Both the position numbers and the translations under genes were made by a program. The notes beneath the pieces were generated by a model, which was given only the letters and a program-made list of their open reading frames with translations, ran no database searches and was not told the origin of the DNA. DNA of 64,000 bases from Solirubrobacterales bacterium (GTDB lineage Bacteria > Actinomycetota > Thermoleophilia > Solirubrobacterales > 70-9), in the NCBI GenBank assembly GCA_051986435.1, contig JBPYFM010000155.1, positions 1,548 to 65,547 of the forward strand. The letters run 5' to 3'. Shown one piece after another: positions 18,989 to 27,889 of the stretch. Position 1 is the first letter of the stretch. Each line of letters starts with the position of its first letter.

Positions 18989-20589
18989 GCGAAGGGCGAG
19001 CTCAGCCGCGGGATCCCGTATTTGATGTTCGGGTTGGAGAACGGATCGACCGCCGTGATCGGCAGCCAGCGACCACGCAACTGCTCCTTCTCCCAGTCCT
19101 CCACCTCGGTCGAGCGGCTCGAGGACTCGAAGTGGTAAAGAGTCGTGTCCGGGTCGTACACGATCCGCTTGCCTGCGGAAACGAGCTTCAGGCAGAAGTC
19201 CATGTCGTTGTAGTTGACCGGGAAGGTCGTGCTGAACCCGCCGACGCTTTCGAAGTCCTCGCGAGGGGTCATCATGCAGGCGCCGGTCACCGCAAGAAAG
19301 TTCTGCGCGACGAGCACGCTGTTCGAATATCCGTTCCACTGATTCGCGAAGCCGCGGTAGATGTGGCCGGGGTAACCGACGTTCTCGAACGCGATGCCGA
19401 CGTGCTGGAGTCGCCCGTCCTCCCAGATCAGCCGCGAACCGACGGCGCCGACCCCTGGCAGCCCCGCGTACATCGCCAGCCGCTCGATCCAGTTCGGGGT
19501 GACGACCTCCATGTCGTCGTTCAGCAGGAGCAGCAGCTCGCCGTCGCTTTGCACCGCGCCGCGGTTGATCTTCTTGGAGAAGTTGAAGGGCTCGTCGAAA
19601 TCGACCAAGCGGACCTTCGGGCCATGCCCGGCCAGTCGCGACCGCACCTCGGGGTCAACCGCCTCGTCGACGACGACCACGATCTCGTAATTCTTGTAGG
19701 TCGAGCGCTCGAGGATGCTCTCGACGCAGTGCTCGACCAAGACGACCTGCTCGTAGCGAACCTCGCGCACGGTTCCGGCCGTCGGGATGACGATGCTCAC
19801 CGAGGGTTCGCTCTCGAGCTTCGGCTCGAGGCGGTAGACGCCGGGATGCTCGGTGTCACGACTGGCGATTGCCGGGACCCCGGTGCGATCGCAGTGAGCC
19901 TGGATCGCTCGCGTCCCCGCTTCGAATGCCCACGGCTTCGCCTCCTCGCCGGCTCCCGCAGTCGAGGTCTCGAGCGTCCGCCAGTGGTAGAGAACGCGCG
20001 GCACGTGGACCACGCGCCGGGCCTTCTCGGTCACCCGCAGCACGAGGTCCCAGTCCTGCGAGCCTTCGAACTCGGGATCGAACCCGCCCACCTTTTCGAC
20101 CAGATCGCGTCGCATCACGCTCAGGTGACAGGTGTACATCTGCGTGCGCAGCCGCTCCGGCGACCAGTCGGGCTTGAAGAACGGGCCCTGATGCCTCCCC
20201 GCGCGGTCGATCTTGTCTTCGTCGGTGTAGATGTAGTCGACGTCTGGCGCCGCGTCGATCGCCTCGGCGACGAGCTCGAGGGCGTCCGGGTGCAACGCGT
20301 CGTCGTGATCGAGAAGCGCCACGAACTCGCCCTCGGCCATCCTGAGCGCGTCATTCGACGCGGCGACGATCCCACCGTTCTCGTCTCGCCGCTCGACCCG
20401 GATCCGCGGCTCGCGAGCCGCCGCGGCGGCGAGCATCTCGCCTACGTGAGGGCTGGGCGAGGCGTCGTCGACCAGACAAAGCTCCCAGTCGCCGCAGGAC
20501 TGACGTTCGACCGAGCGCAACATGGCCGCGAGCACATCGGGCGGCGTCTCGTAGATCGGCGTGACGATTGAGAACCGGGGCGTCGCCAC
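18955..20589 (-). CDS. Two-domain GT2 glycosyltransferase
   Basis: First GT2 domain: FSIVTPIYETPPDVL..CLVDDASP..LLDHDD. Second GT2 domain: VSIVIPTAGT..LLLLNDDMEV. GTG start 2 nt after the upstream stop. Confidence 0.8.
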   Translation of the reverse strand: MATPRFSIVTPIYETPPDVLAAMLRSVERQSCGDWELCLVDDASPSPHVGEMLAAAAAREPRIRVERRDENGGIVAASNDALRMAEGEFVALLDHDDALHPDALELVAEAIDAAPDVDYIYTDEDKIDRAGRHQGPFFKPDWSPERLRTQMYTCHLSVMRRDLVEKVGGFDPEFEGSQDWDLVLRVTEKARRVVHVPRVLYHWRTLETSTAGAGEEAKPWAFEAGTRAIQAHCDRTGVPAIASRDTEHPGVYRLEPKLESEPSVSIVIPTAGTVREVRYEQVVLVEHCVESILERSTYKNYEIVVVVDEAVDPEVRSRLAGHGPKVRLVDFDEPFNFSKKINRGAVQSDGELLLLLNDDMEVVTPNWIERLAMYAGLPGVGAVGSRLIWEDGRLQHVGIAFENVGYPGHIYRGFANQWNGYSNSVLVAQNFLAVTGACMMTPREDFESVGGFSTTFPVNYNDMDFCLKLVSAGKRIVYDPDTTLYHFESSSRSTEVEDWEKEQLRGRWLPITAVDPFSNPNIKYGIPRLSSPFAWVRRRPRLPW

Positions 20590-20591
20590 CC

Positions 20592-20840
20592 TTAGCCCCG
20601 TGACAGACGCCGGCGGACGGATCCCAGCATCTTCAACAGCGGCCCTGGAACCATCGAACGGATGCGGCCGACGAGATTCAGCAGGCGAGCGGTCCCAGCT
20701 TCCAGCGCCAGGACCTGGCCCTTCAGCGAGCCAAGTTCGGCGTCCTTGGCGATCAGGAGATCACGGAGGCGCAGGTTCTCCTCACGGAGGCGGGCCACCT
20801 CGTCGGTGGTCGACTGGTCCCCGGTCATCGGTTCGGCCAT
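20592..20840 (-). CDS. Small (82 aa) coiled-coil protein, unknown function
   Basis: ATG start and high third-position GC throughout. Heptad-like EVARLREENLRLRDLLIAKDAELGSLKGQVLALEAG. Packed between two genes of the operon. Confidence 0.5.
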   Translation of the reverse strand: MAEPMTGDQSTTDEVARLREENLRLRDLLIAKDAELGSLKGQVLALEAGTARLLNLVGRIRSMVPGPLLKMLGSVRRRLSRG

Positions 20841-20866
20841 CGGTCCGCGAGTCTATCCGCCGACCC

Positions 20867-21484
20867 CTACTGACCCCAGAGCACGATCAAGGTCGCGCCG
20901 TTGTCGGTGCGCGTCGTGCCCCTCGGTTGGAACCCAACGGCCGCGAAGTCCGCCAGCAGCACGGCCTCGGTGGCGTGCGTCGTCCAGTGGCGCTCTTCGC
21001 GTTCCTCGCGGTCGAGGCCGGACGTTCCGTCGGCGATCACGTACGAGGTCAGCGCGAACCGGCAATGGGCCCGTAGCGAGATCGCAATATCGGGTATCGA
21101 GGGCAGGTACTCGAGCAAGCCGAGGCAGATGGCGATGTCGAAATGACGGTCAGGGAGGCCCTTGACGACATCGAGTTGGATCGTGGTCGGAGTCTGGGGG
21201 TGAAGGTCGTAGGGGTGGTAGCTGTGATCGCTGTCCAGGGTCGCTCGCAGCAGTGACCGCATCCGTTCGTTCCCCGCACCGAAGTCGGCGATCGATACCG
21301 GCCGGCCGTCGGCTCTCTCCCAGGCGGAGCGGTTGCCGGCGAGGAGTTGGGCCGCGGCCGAGGCGCGCTCGTCCCACAGATCCTGTTCGCCGCAGTTGTA
21401 GCGACGCCGCGCGCGCCCGGCAGGGGTGAGCTTCGAAACAGCCGACAGGCGCCAACGGCCGCTCTTCTCATCGCGCTTGGACAT
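20867..21484 (-). CDS. Class I SAM-methyltransferase-like protein
   Basis: IADFGAGNERM and CLGLLEYLP motifs. ATG at 21484 lies 5 nt after the upstream stop; the longer ORF overlaps the upstream gene. Confidence 0.6.
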   Translation of the reverse strand: MSKRDEKSGRWRLSAVSKLTPAGRARRRYNCGEQDLWDERASAAAQLLAGNRSAWERADGRPVSIADFGAGNERMRSLLRATLDSDHSYHPYDLHPQTPTTIQLDVVKGLPDRHFDIAICLGLLEYLPSIPDIAISLRAHCRFALTSYVIADGTSGLDREEREERHWTTHATEAVLLADFAAVGFQPRGTTRTDNGATLIVLWGQ

Positions 21485-21489
21485 AGGGC

Positions 21490-22161
21490 TCAGACGGTGC
21501 CGATGACGGTGTAATTCTTCGGATGCCCGAGGTTGGTGATCTTTTTCCTTACGTCGGCGCGCGCCGAGATGGCGGAGAGGCGACGGGCGATCGGTGCGGC
21601 TTGCCGCCATCGTCTCGTACCGTCGAGGGCTCGGGCGAAGACGTCGAGCTGATAGCTCACGGTCCCTAGATATCCCTCCAGCCAGTCAATCTCCAGATCT
21701 CGGAATCCAGCCGCCTCGAAGAGGTGACGGAGTCCGAACTGCGTGTACCGGTAGAAGTCGTAGGGCTGCTCGTGCTCTTCGTAGAAGAGCGGCGCGCTGG
21801 CGAAGATTCGACCACCCGGCTTCAGCACCCGGCGCAGCTCGGTCAAGACGGCGATCGGCTCGGGCAGGTGCTCGAGGACCTGGCTCAAGAGGACGACGTC
21901 GTATCGGTCATCTTCGACTGGGATCGCGGCCAGATCGCAGACGTAGTGGTTGTAGCCGTAGTCCTTGCCGGGAACCGCCTCGAAATCGGCCGCCTCGTAC
22001 CCGACATGGTCAAAGTGGTGGCGGTAGAGCCCGTTCCCGGCGCCGGCATCGAGGACTCGACCACCGCTCGGCGTGGCGGCGCCCGCCGCCGCCACGAAAC
22101 GGTCCAGGTAGACGCGGCTCGAGTTCACCGGCCGCGAGTCTAGCGGCGGTTGATTCGTCAA
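21490..22161 (-). CDS. Class I SAM-dependent methyltransferase
   Basis: VLDAGAGNGLY, VLLSQVLEHLPEP and VLKPGGRIF motifs. The TTG start overlaps the upstream stop (TTGA). Confidence 0.85.
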   Translation of the reverse strand: MTNQPPLDSRPVNSSRVYLDRFVAAAGAATPSGGRVLDAGAGNGLYRHHFDHVGYEAADFEAVPGKDYGYNHYVCDLAAIPVEDDRYDVVLLSQVLEHLPEPIAVLTELRRVLKPGGRIFASAPLFYEEHEQPYDFYRYTQFGLRHLFEAAGFRDLEIDWLEGYLGTVSYQLDVFARALDGTRRWRQAAPIARRLSAISARADVRKKITNLGHPKNYTVIGTV

Positions 22162-24752
22162 TCCGGTCGCGGTACGTGACCGAGGCGGTAGGCCCAGGAG
22201 ATCGGGACGGGATGTTCGGCGAGGTCGCCGGTCACCGGGGCGAGCGCCCGTAGGAAGCCCAGATGGCGTGCCGGGCCATACCCGAGGCGGGTGGCGAGCT
22301 CAGGGTCGCGGGCGAGGAGCTGGTCGCCGTTGACGGGGTGCTCGGCTGCGAAGAGCGGGAGCATGCCCGGCCCCGAGCGATCGAACAGCCACGCATGTGG
22401 CTCACCCTGGGGCGAGGGTCCGGGGGTCGGGCGGCGCAGACGTCGTGCTGCAGTGGTGCCGCGGCGGGCCGCCACCTTGGCGCGGTCGGCGACGGGGCCG
22501 AGGTCACCCCAGGCCAGCGGTGCCATCGTCCAGCGAGCCGCTCGGGCGAGAGGTGGACGGGCAGCGGGCACGGATGGGCCCGTGAGGAGGACGCCGTCCT
22601 CGATCCAGATCGGAACCTTCCCGCCGAGGCTCGAGGCCGATGCCGCGCCGAGCTCGAAGGCGCCGTCTCCGGCTGGTACTTCCCCCAATGCAGAGCGGTG
22701 GCGCCGCGCAACTTGGTCCGCCGCGGTGACGAGCCCCACCACCCCGACTGGCCACTCGGCGAACGGCACGTCGCGGGGGCGTTGCGGAACCGGGTCGAGA
22801 AAGCCGAGATGTTCGATGATGTCGGCCTCGGCCACGAGTGGATCCTCGGGGAGGCCGATCACGATCGTCTCGCCGGTCTCCCGGAGGGTGGCGACGGAAA
22901 GCGAATCGAGACCGGGCAGCGGCGCCACCTCGAGCCAGCCGAGATCCTCGAAAGGGACCGTGCCGACAAACTCACGGTCACGGATCGCGCCGAGCAGGTG
23001 CTCGCGCACGCAGTCCGGGGGTGGGTCGAACGCGCCCGTCACGTGGGTCCCGTCCGTCCGGCGATGCCGGGCCACAAGGGTCGAGAAACGCGGCACCCAC
23101 GGTGGTCGGGCGGGCGGACCCGGGAGCGGTGCCGCGGCGCGCGGCGAGGGGAGCCAGACCGAATTCCCTCCTGGTTCCCGCGGCTGCGTCGAGAAGGGCA
23201 CCGGGACGGAGAGGTGGCGCCACTCGACCCGGGCGCCGGCGGCGCCGAGAAGCCAGACGAGCGACGCCACCGGTGCGGCGGGATCGCACCGCAGTCCCTG
23301 CGGCAGGTCCTTCTCCAGATCGCGACGCCAGACAACGGTGTGCGGGGCGAGGTCCGCGCCTTCGCCGGGATCGAGGGGCGCCGCGGGAAAGCGCCCGTCC
23401 GAGCCCGCATCGGCGAGCGCGATCGCGTCCGGCGGATCGACCGAGAGCGTGAAGCGTAGGACCAGCTTTTCGAACAATGCCGGGTCGGCGACGGCGAGCG
23501 CGGCCTCGTCGACCTCGGCGACCGCGACCAACGGCTCGTCGGCGAAATCCAGCGTCATCGCCAGGCCGACGCCGTCGCCGGGCGCCGGCGCTATCACCTC
23601 CAGGCCGGCCCTCGGAGCGCTCGGTCGGCTCCGCTCCGGAGTGGGCCGGTCACACGTCAACTCCTCGTACAGCGCGCCGTGGTCCGCCGCCATCTGTTGG
23701 ACCGAGAACTGCTTGAGTGCGCGCTCCCGCATGGCCGCCCCGCGCCTGGCCAGGTGGGCTCGGTCGCGCGCGTAGCGAGCCAGCGGCTCCACGTATCCGC
23801 CTACCGCGTCTCGCGGCTCGACCACCCCCTCCTCCTCGGCCCCGAGCATCTCTCGGATCGCCGGCAGCCCTGGAGTGACGATCGGCAGCCCCATCGCCAT
23901 CGCCTCGAACAGCACCACGGGGATGCCCTCGAAAGTGCTGGTCAGGAGCAGGACATCGTTGGCCGGATACAGGCTTCGCAGTCCTGGCGCCGGGCCGTGA
24001 AGGACGACCTCTTCCTCGAGCCGCAGCTCGGCGATCCGCTCCCTCACCTGGTTTTCGAGGTCGCCTTCGCCGATCACGTTGATGCGAAAGTCGACTCCCT
24101 CGTCGCGCAGCGCGGCCGCGACCTCGACCATCAGGAGTGGATCCTTCTGATCCACCAGACGGGCGGCGAAGAGGATCTGCAGGCGCTCGTCGGGGCGCTC
24201 GAGCGCGGGTTCGACGTGCGCCGGGTCGAACTCTCCGGCCGCGTCCGCTCCGGTGTAGATGACCTTGATCTTCTCCTCCGGCACACCGTATTCGCGCAGC
24301 GCCGCCGCGACGTGCTCGTTGGAGAGCGAGAAGCAGTCGACGTGGTCGCGGAGCCTGGTCGAGACGTACCTGACGTAGCCCGACCGGTCGGTCTCCTCGG
24401 CGTGCATCTGGACGACCACGGCGGGGGGCACCGGCAGCTCCGACAGGTCGGGCAGAAGGTCGAAGCCGAGCTTCGAGTTCATCAGGTGCACCGCCTGGAT
24501 CCCCCGCGTCCGGACGAAGTCCAGGATGAACGAGGGCATCGCATCTGCGGGCATGAGGTCGGGCAGGACCCAGAGCTCCTCCGCGTAGGGCTCGACCTCT
24601 TTCAGCAGCGGATTTCCGGAGGGCTGGGTGGTGATCAGGTAGGGCGCGAAGCGCTCGCGGTCGAGCCAGCGGAACCAGTCGATCGTGTTCTTGTCGCTGC
24701 CGCCGTAGCCGACCCACGGCGCCAGGTAGAGGACCGGCAGCCGTTCGCTCAT
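22158..24752 (-). CDS. GT4 (GT-B) glycosyltransferase fused to a ~490-aa C-terminal region of unknown function
   Basis: RLVDQKDPLLMVE..LLTSTFEGIPVVLFEAMAMGLPIV is an EX7E-type GT4 signature. The C-terminal modules are shared with 46034..49021. Confidence 0.8.
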   Translation of the reverse strand: MSERLPVLYLAPWVGYGGSDKNTIDWFRWLDRERFAPYLITTQPSGNPLLKEVEPYAEELWVLPDLMPADAMPSFILDFVRTRGIQAVHLMNSKLGFDLLPDLSELPVPPAVVVQMHAEETDRSGYVRYVSTRLRDHVDCFSLSNEHVAAALREYGVPEEKIKVIYTGADAAGEFDPAHVEPALERPDERLQILFAARLVDQKDPLLMVEVAAALRDEGVDFRINVIGEGDLENQVRERIAELRLEEEVVLHGPAPGLRSLYPANDVLLLTSTFEGIPVVLFEAMAMGLPIVTPGLPAIREMLGAEEEGVVEPRDAVGGYVEPLARYARDRAHLARRGAAMRERALKQFSVQQMAADHGALYEELTCDRPTPERSRPSAPRAGLEVIAPAPGDGVGLAMTLDFADEPLVAVAEVDEAALAVADPALFEKLVLRFTLSVDPPDAIALADAGSDGRFPAAPLDPGEGADLAPHTVVWRRDLEKDLPQGLRCDPAAPVASLVWLLGAAGARVEWRHLSVPVPFSTQPREPGGNSVWLPSPRAAAPLPGPPARPPWVPRFSTLVARHRRTDGTHVTGAFDPPPDCVREHLLGAIRDREFVGTVPFEDLGWLEVAPLPGLDSLSVATLRETGETIVIGLPEDPLVAEADIIEHLGFLDPVPQRPRDVPFAEWPVGVVGLVTAADQVARRHRSALGEVPAGDGAFELGAASASSLGGKVPIWIEDGVLLTGPSVPAARPPLARAARWTMAPLAWGDLGPVADRAKVAARRGTTAARRLRRPTPGPSPQGEPHAWLFDRSGPGMLPLFAAEHPVNGDQLLARDPELATRLGYGPARHLGFLRALAPVTGDLAEHPVPISWAYRLGHVPRPD

Positions 24753-25681
24753 GTCCGCGCCCGGGATCGTGAGGTCAACCAGCTGTGCGTGCGGTGGACG
24801 CCCTCTGCGAGCGGCGTCAGCTCGAGTTGGACGAGGTCATGCAGGGCGGTGGTGTCGAGGACGATCTGGTGCACTTCGAAGTCGCGCTCGGGATGGTGGA
24901 TCAGCTTCGCTTCACGGCCGACCTCCGCCTCGGCGAGGTGCAGCACGTCGAGCAGCGACGTTCCTACGCCTGCTCCGACGTTCAGCAGCGGTGGACCGTC
25001 CCGGCGGCCGAGAAGGTCGACGACCGCCGCGGCGACGTCGCCCGCGTAGATGTAGTCGCGGATCGTCGCGCCATCGCCGTAGAGGTCGATCGGCGCTCCC
25101 CGCTCGATCCGGTCGAGAAAGGTCACGACGGCACCCTGCCCTCGATCTGGTGCCTGGTGCTCGCCGTAGACGGTCGCGCAGCGGAGGATCCGCGAGTCCA
25201 GGCCGTCCCCGCGCCGGGCCGCTTCGATTTCCTTCTCGCAGGCCAGGTGGATGCGGCCGTAAGCCGAGATCGGCTCGGTCGGATCCCCCTCTCGTGCGGG
25301 CAGTCGCGCCGGGTCACCGTAGACGGTGCCACCGGAGGAGAGATAGACGAGCGACACGCCGGGGCGCTCGCGGAGCGCCGCGAGGACCGTCCTCAGCGGC
25401 CGCACCGTCAGCTCGCGATCCCGCTCCGGGTCACGCTCGGACGCCGAGGGCAGGAGCCCGCCGGCGCAATAGGCAACTCGCTCGACTCCGTCCAGCGCCT
25501 CGGCCAGCAGCTCGCCGTCGGCCGCGTCGCCGAGCCTCAGCTCGCCGGGCGGGATCGCCGCCGCGACGGATTCCGCCGGCTGCGAGCGGGTCAGCACGCG
25601 AAGGGACTCGCTGCGCTCGGCGAGCGCCGTCACCACGTGCGAACCGATGAAGCCACAGCCGATTACAAGGGTTCGCGCCAC
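24749..25681 (-). CDS. NAD-dependent epimerase/dehydratase family protein
   Basis: GTG at 25681 lies 4 nt after the wzm stop, followed by TLVIGCGFIGSHVV. ATGA overlap with the downstream gene. Confidence 0.8.
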   Translation of the reverse strand: MARTLVIGCGFIGSHVVTALAERSESLRVLTRSQPAESVAAAIPPGELRLGDAADGELLAEALDGVERVAYCAGGLLPSASERDPERDRELTVRPLRTVLAALRERPGVSLVYLSSGGTVYGDPARLPAREGDPTEPISAYGRIHLACEKEIEAARRGDGLDSRILRCATVYGEHQAPDRGQGAVVTFLDRIERGAPIDLYGDGATIRDYIYAGDVAAAVVDLLGRRDGPPLLNVGAGVGTSLLDVLHLAEAEVGREAKLIHHPERDFEVHQIVLDTTALHDLVQLELTPLAEGVHRTHSWLTSRSRART

Positions 25682-25685
25682 CGGA

Positions 25686-26543
25686 TCACAGATCCTCGGC
25701 GATCCGCGGCGCCTCACGGTTGAAGAGCCACGCCCCGAGCAGGCAGACGACGACGAAGACTACCGCCGCCGGCACCAGGCCGAGCCATCCCCCCGCCGCG
25801 TGCAGCGCGCTCGGAGCTTCGGATTCGTTGAGGATCCAGACCCGCACCTGGGTCATCACGACCGCCAACGGGTTGATCAGCATCAGGTGCTGGAAGGTGG
25901 CGCTTTCCTTGAATTCGATCGTGTAGAGGATCGGCGTCGCATAGAAGAGGACCTGGGCGACCACCGTCCAGATGATCGCGACGTCGCGGAAGCGGACGTA
26001 GAGCACCGAAAGGGCCATCCCGACCGCGGCGGTCAGCGCAAAGAGGAAGACGACGATCAGCGGGAAGAGCAGCCAAGTCCAGGTCGGGTCGACGCCGAAG
26101 GCGAAGAGGAATACCAGCACGATGATCAGGTTGAGGCCGAAGTTGAAGAGGCCCGTCACCACGGTCGAGAGCGGGATCACCAGCCGCGGGAACTGGGTCT
26201 TGCGGACCACGCCCTCCTGGGCGACGACGGAGGTGACCGCGTTGGTCGTCGATTCCTGGAAGAAGGTGAAGATGACGATCCCGAGCAGGAGCAGCACGGG
26301 GTAGTGCTCGACACCCTTGCTCGTCGCACGGAAGACTTGGGTGAAGACGAACAGCAGGACCCCGAACAGCATCAGCGGCCGGATCAGCGACCAGAGGTAG
26401 CCGAGCACCGTGCCGAAGTAGACGCGACGGAATTCGGTGACCGAGGTCAGCCAGAGCAGGTCGAAGAACCTCCGGCTGCCGCCGCCCAGCGCGGACGGCC
26501 CGCGCACCTCCTGCAGGGTCGCCGCCCCGTCGATATCGCTCAC
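25686..26543 (-). CDS. wzm: ABC-2 type polysaccharide export permease (Wzm/TagG-like)
   Basis: The GTG start overlaps the wzt stop (GTGA). About 6 TM segments. FFDLLWLTSVTEFRRVYFGTVLGYLWSLIRPL is typical of ABC-2 permeases. Confidence 0.85.
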   Translation of the reverse strand: MSDIDGAATLQEVRGPSALGGGSRRFFDLLWLTSVTEFRRVYFGTVLGYLWSLIRPLMLFGVLLFVFTQVFRATSKGVEHYPVLLLLGIVIFTFFQESTTNAVTSVVAQEGVVRKTQFPRLVIPLSTVVTGLFNFGLNLIIVLVFLFAFGVDPTWTWLLFPLIVVFLFALTAAVGMALSVLYVRFRDVAIIWTVVAQVLFYATPILYTIEFKESATFQHLMLINPLAVVMTQVRVWILNESEAPSALHAAGGWLGLVPAAVVFVVVCLLGAWLFNREAPRIAEDL

Positions 26544-27814
26544 GCCGGCGATCCGCCCTCGATCGTGGCCTCGGTCTCGTGTCCGAGCTGGATGATCCCG
26601 CGATCGTTGGGTCCGCCGAAGACGACGAAGTCGACGACGCTCGGGGCGTACATGGCAACCCCGCCTTCGAAGCTGCGGTTGACGCCCAGGTTGAGAAAGT
26701 AGTGACCGGCGGAGAGCGGATTCTCGATCGTCGAGGAGATCTTCATCTTCTGGCCGGCGCGCACCGGGCGGTCGTTCGTCTCGCCACCGATCGGCGCGGC
26801 GAACTCGAACACGCCGACCTTGTCGGCGTTGAGGAGGATGAAGCCGGCGTGCAGTCCTTCGCTGTCTTTGATCGCTTCGAGCTCGATCTCGATCCGGATC
26901 GGCTCGCGATGCTCGACCGCGCCGACGGTCTCGCCCGCGGCATTCTCGACCCGCGCGGCGAGCAGGCGGACGGAATCGCCCTCGACCAGCGGCCCGCCCT
27001 CGGCCCGGGCGGCAGCGCCTTCTTCCTCGAAGTTCAGCCGCAGGTAGCGCCGCCCGACCTCCCCTGGGTCGCCGATCTGCTGGATCCGGCCCCCCGCGAT
27101 CAGCATCGCGCGGTGGCAGTATTCCTCGACCGTCGACATCTCGTGGGTGACCAGCACGATCGTCTTGCCGGCCGCTTTCATGTTGTGGAAGGCGTCCGCG
27201 CACTTCTGCTGGAACGCGGCATCGCCGACTGCGAGCACCTCGTCGATCAGCAGGATGTCGGCGTCGACCTCGAGCATCAGCGAGAAGGCCAACCGAACCA
27301 GCATCCCCGAGGAGTAGTTCTTCAGCTTCAGGTCGACGAAGTCCTGAAGTTCGGCGAACTCGATCACCGCATCGAGACGCCGCCGCGTCTCCTGTGGCGT
27401 GAGGCCCATCATCACCCCGTTGAGGACGACGTTGTCGCGGGCCGTGAGGTCGACGTTGAAGCCGACGCCGAGCTCGATGAACGGGGCCAGCCGTCCGGCC
27501 ATGCGGATCGTGCCGGCATCGGCCCGGTAGATGCTGGCCAGCAACTTCAAGAGCGTGCTCTTGCCGGAGCCATTACGTCCGACGATCCCGAAGAACTCCC
27601 CTTGGTGGATTTCGAAGGAGATCCCGTCCAGCGCGTGCAGCACGCGGTAGTCCCGCTGCGAGAACGGGTGGACGACCCGCTCTTTCAGCGAATCGACCCG
27701 CTGAGTGGGGATGCGGAAAGCCTTGTGGAGGTTTTCGACCTGGATCGCCGGCAGCGCGTCCGCAACGGCTGCCCGGCCGGCGGCAGGACTGGTGATCGTC
27801 TTCTCTGGTGACAT
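26540..27814 (-). CDS. wzt: Polysaccharide export ABC ATPase (Wzt/TagH-like) with ~170-aa C-terminal extension
   Basis: Walker A GRNGSGKST, signature YSSGMLVRLAF and Walker B ILLIDEVLAVGD. The beta-rich C-terminal part resembles Wzt_C. Confidence 0.9.
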   Translation of the reverse strand: MSPEKTITSPAAGRAAVADALPAIQVENLHKAFRIPTQRVDSLKERVVHPFSQRDYRVLHALDGISFEIHQGEFFGIVGRNGSGKSTLLKLLASIYRADAGTIRMAGRLAPFIELGVGFNVDLTARDNVVLNGVMMGLTPQETRRRLDAVIEFAELQDFVDLKLKNYSSGMLVRLAFSLMLEVDADILLIDEVLAVGDAAFQQKCADAFHNMKAAGKTIVLVTHEMSTVEEYCHRAMLIAGGRIQQIGDPGEVGRRYLRLNFEEEGAAARAEGGPLVEGDSVRLLAARVENAAGETVGAVEHREPIRIEIELEAIKDSEGLHAGFILLNADKVGVFEFAAPIGGETNDRPVRAGQKMKISSTIENPLSAGHYFLNLGVNRSFEGGVAMYAPSVVDFVVFGGPNDRGIIQLGHETEATIEGGSPA

Positions 27815-27889
27815 CTTTACGCCCGAAACTTCAGCCTATCGTCGTACCGGGCCACCACCTGTGCCCGGGACCGTGGCAAGCTCCCGCCG

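Noticed and set aside
27815-27889. Divergent spacer between wzt and the GT2 at 27890, examined for promoters and operators (likewise 2880-2928, 30782-30804, 49022-49083)
   Set aside because: I could not find convincing -35/-10 pairs or extended palindromes, only 5-6-bp stems expected by chance. No regulatory feature is reported for these spacers.
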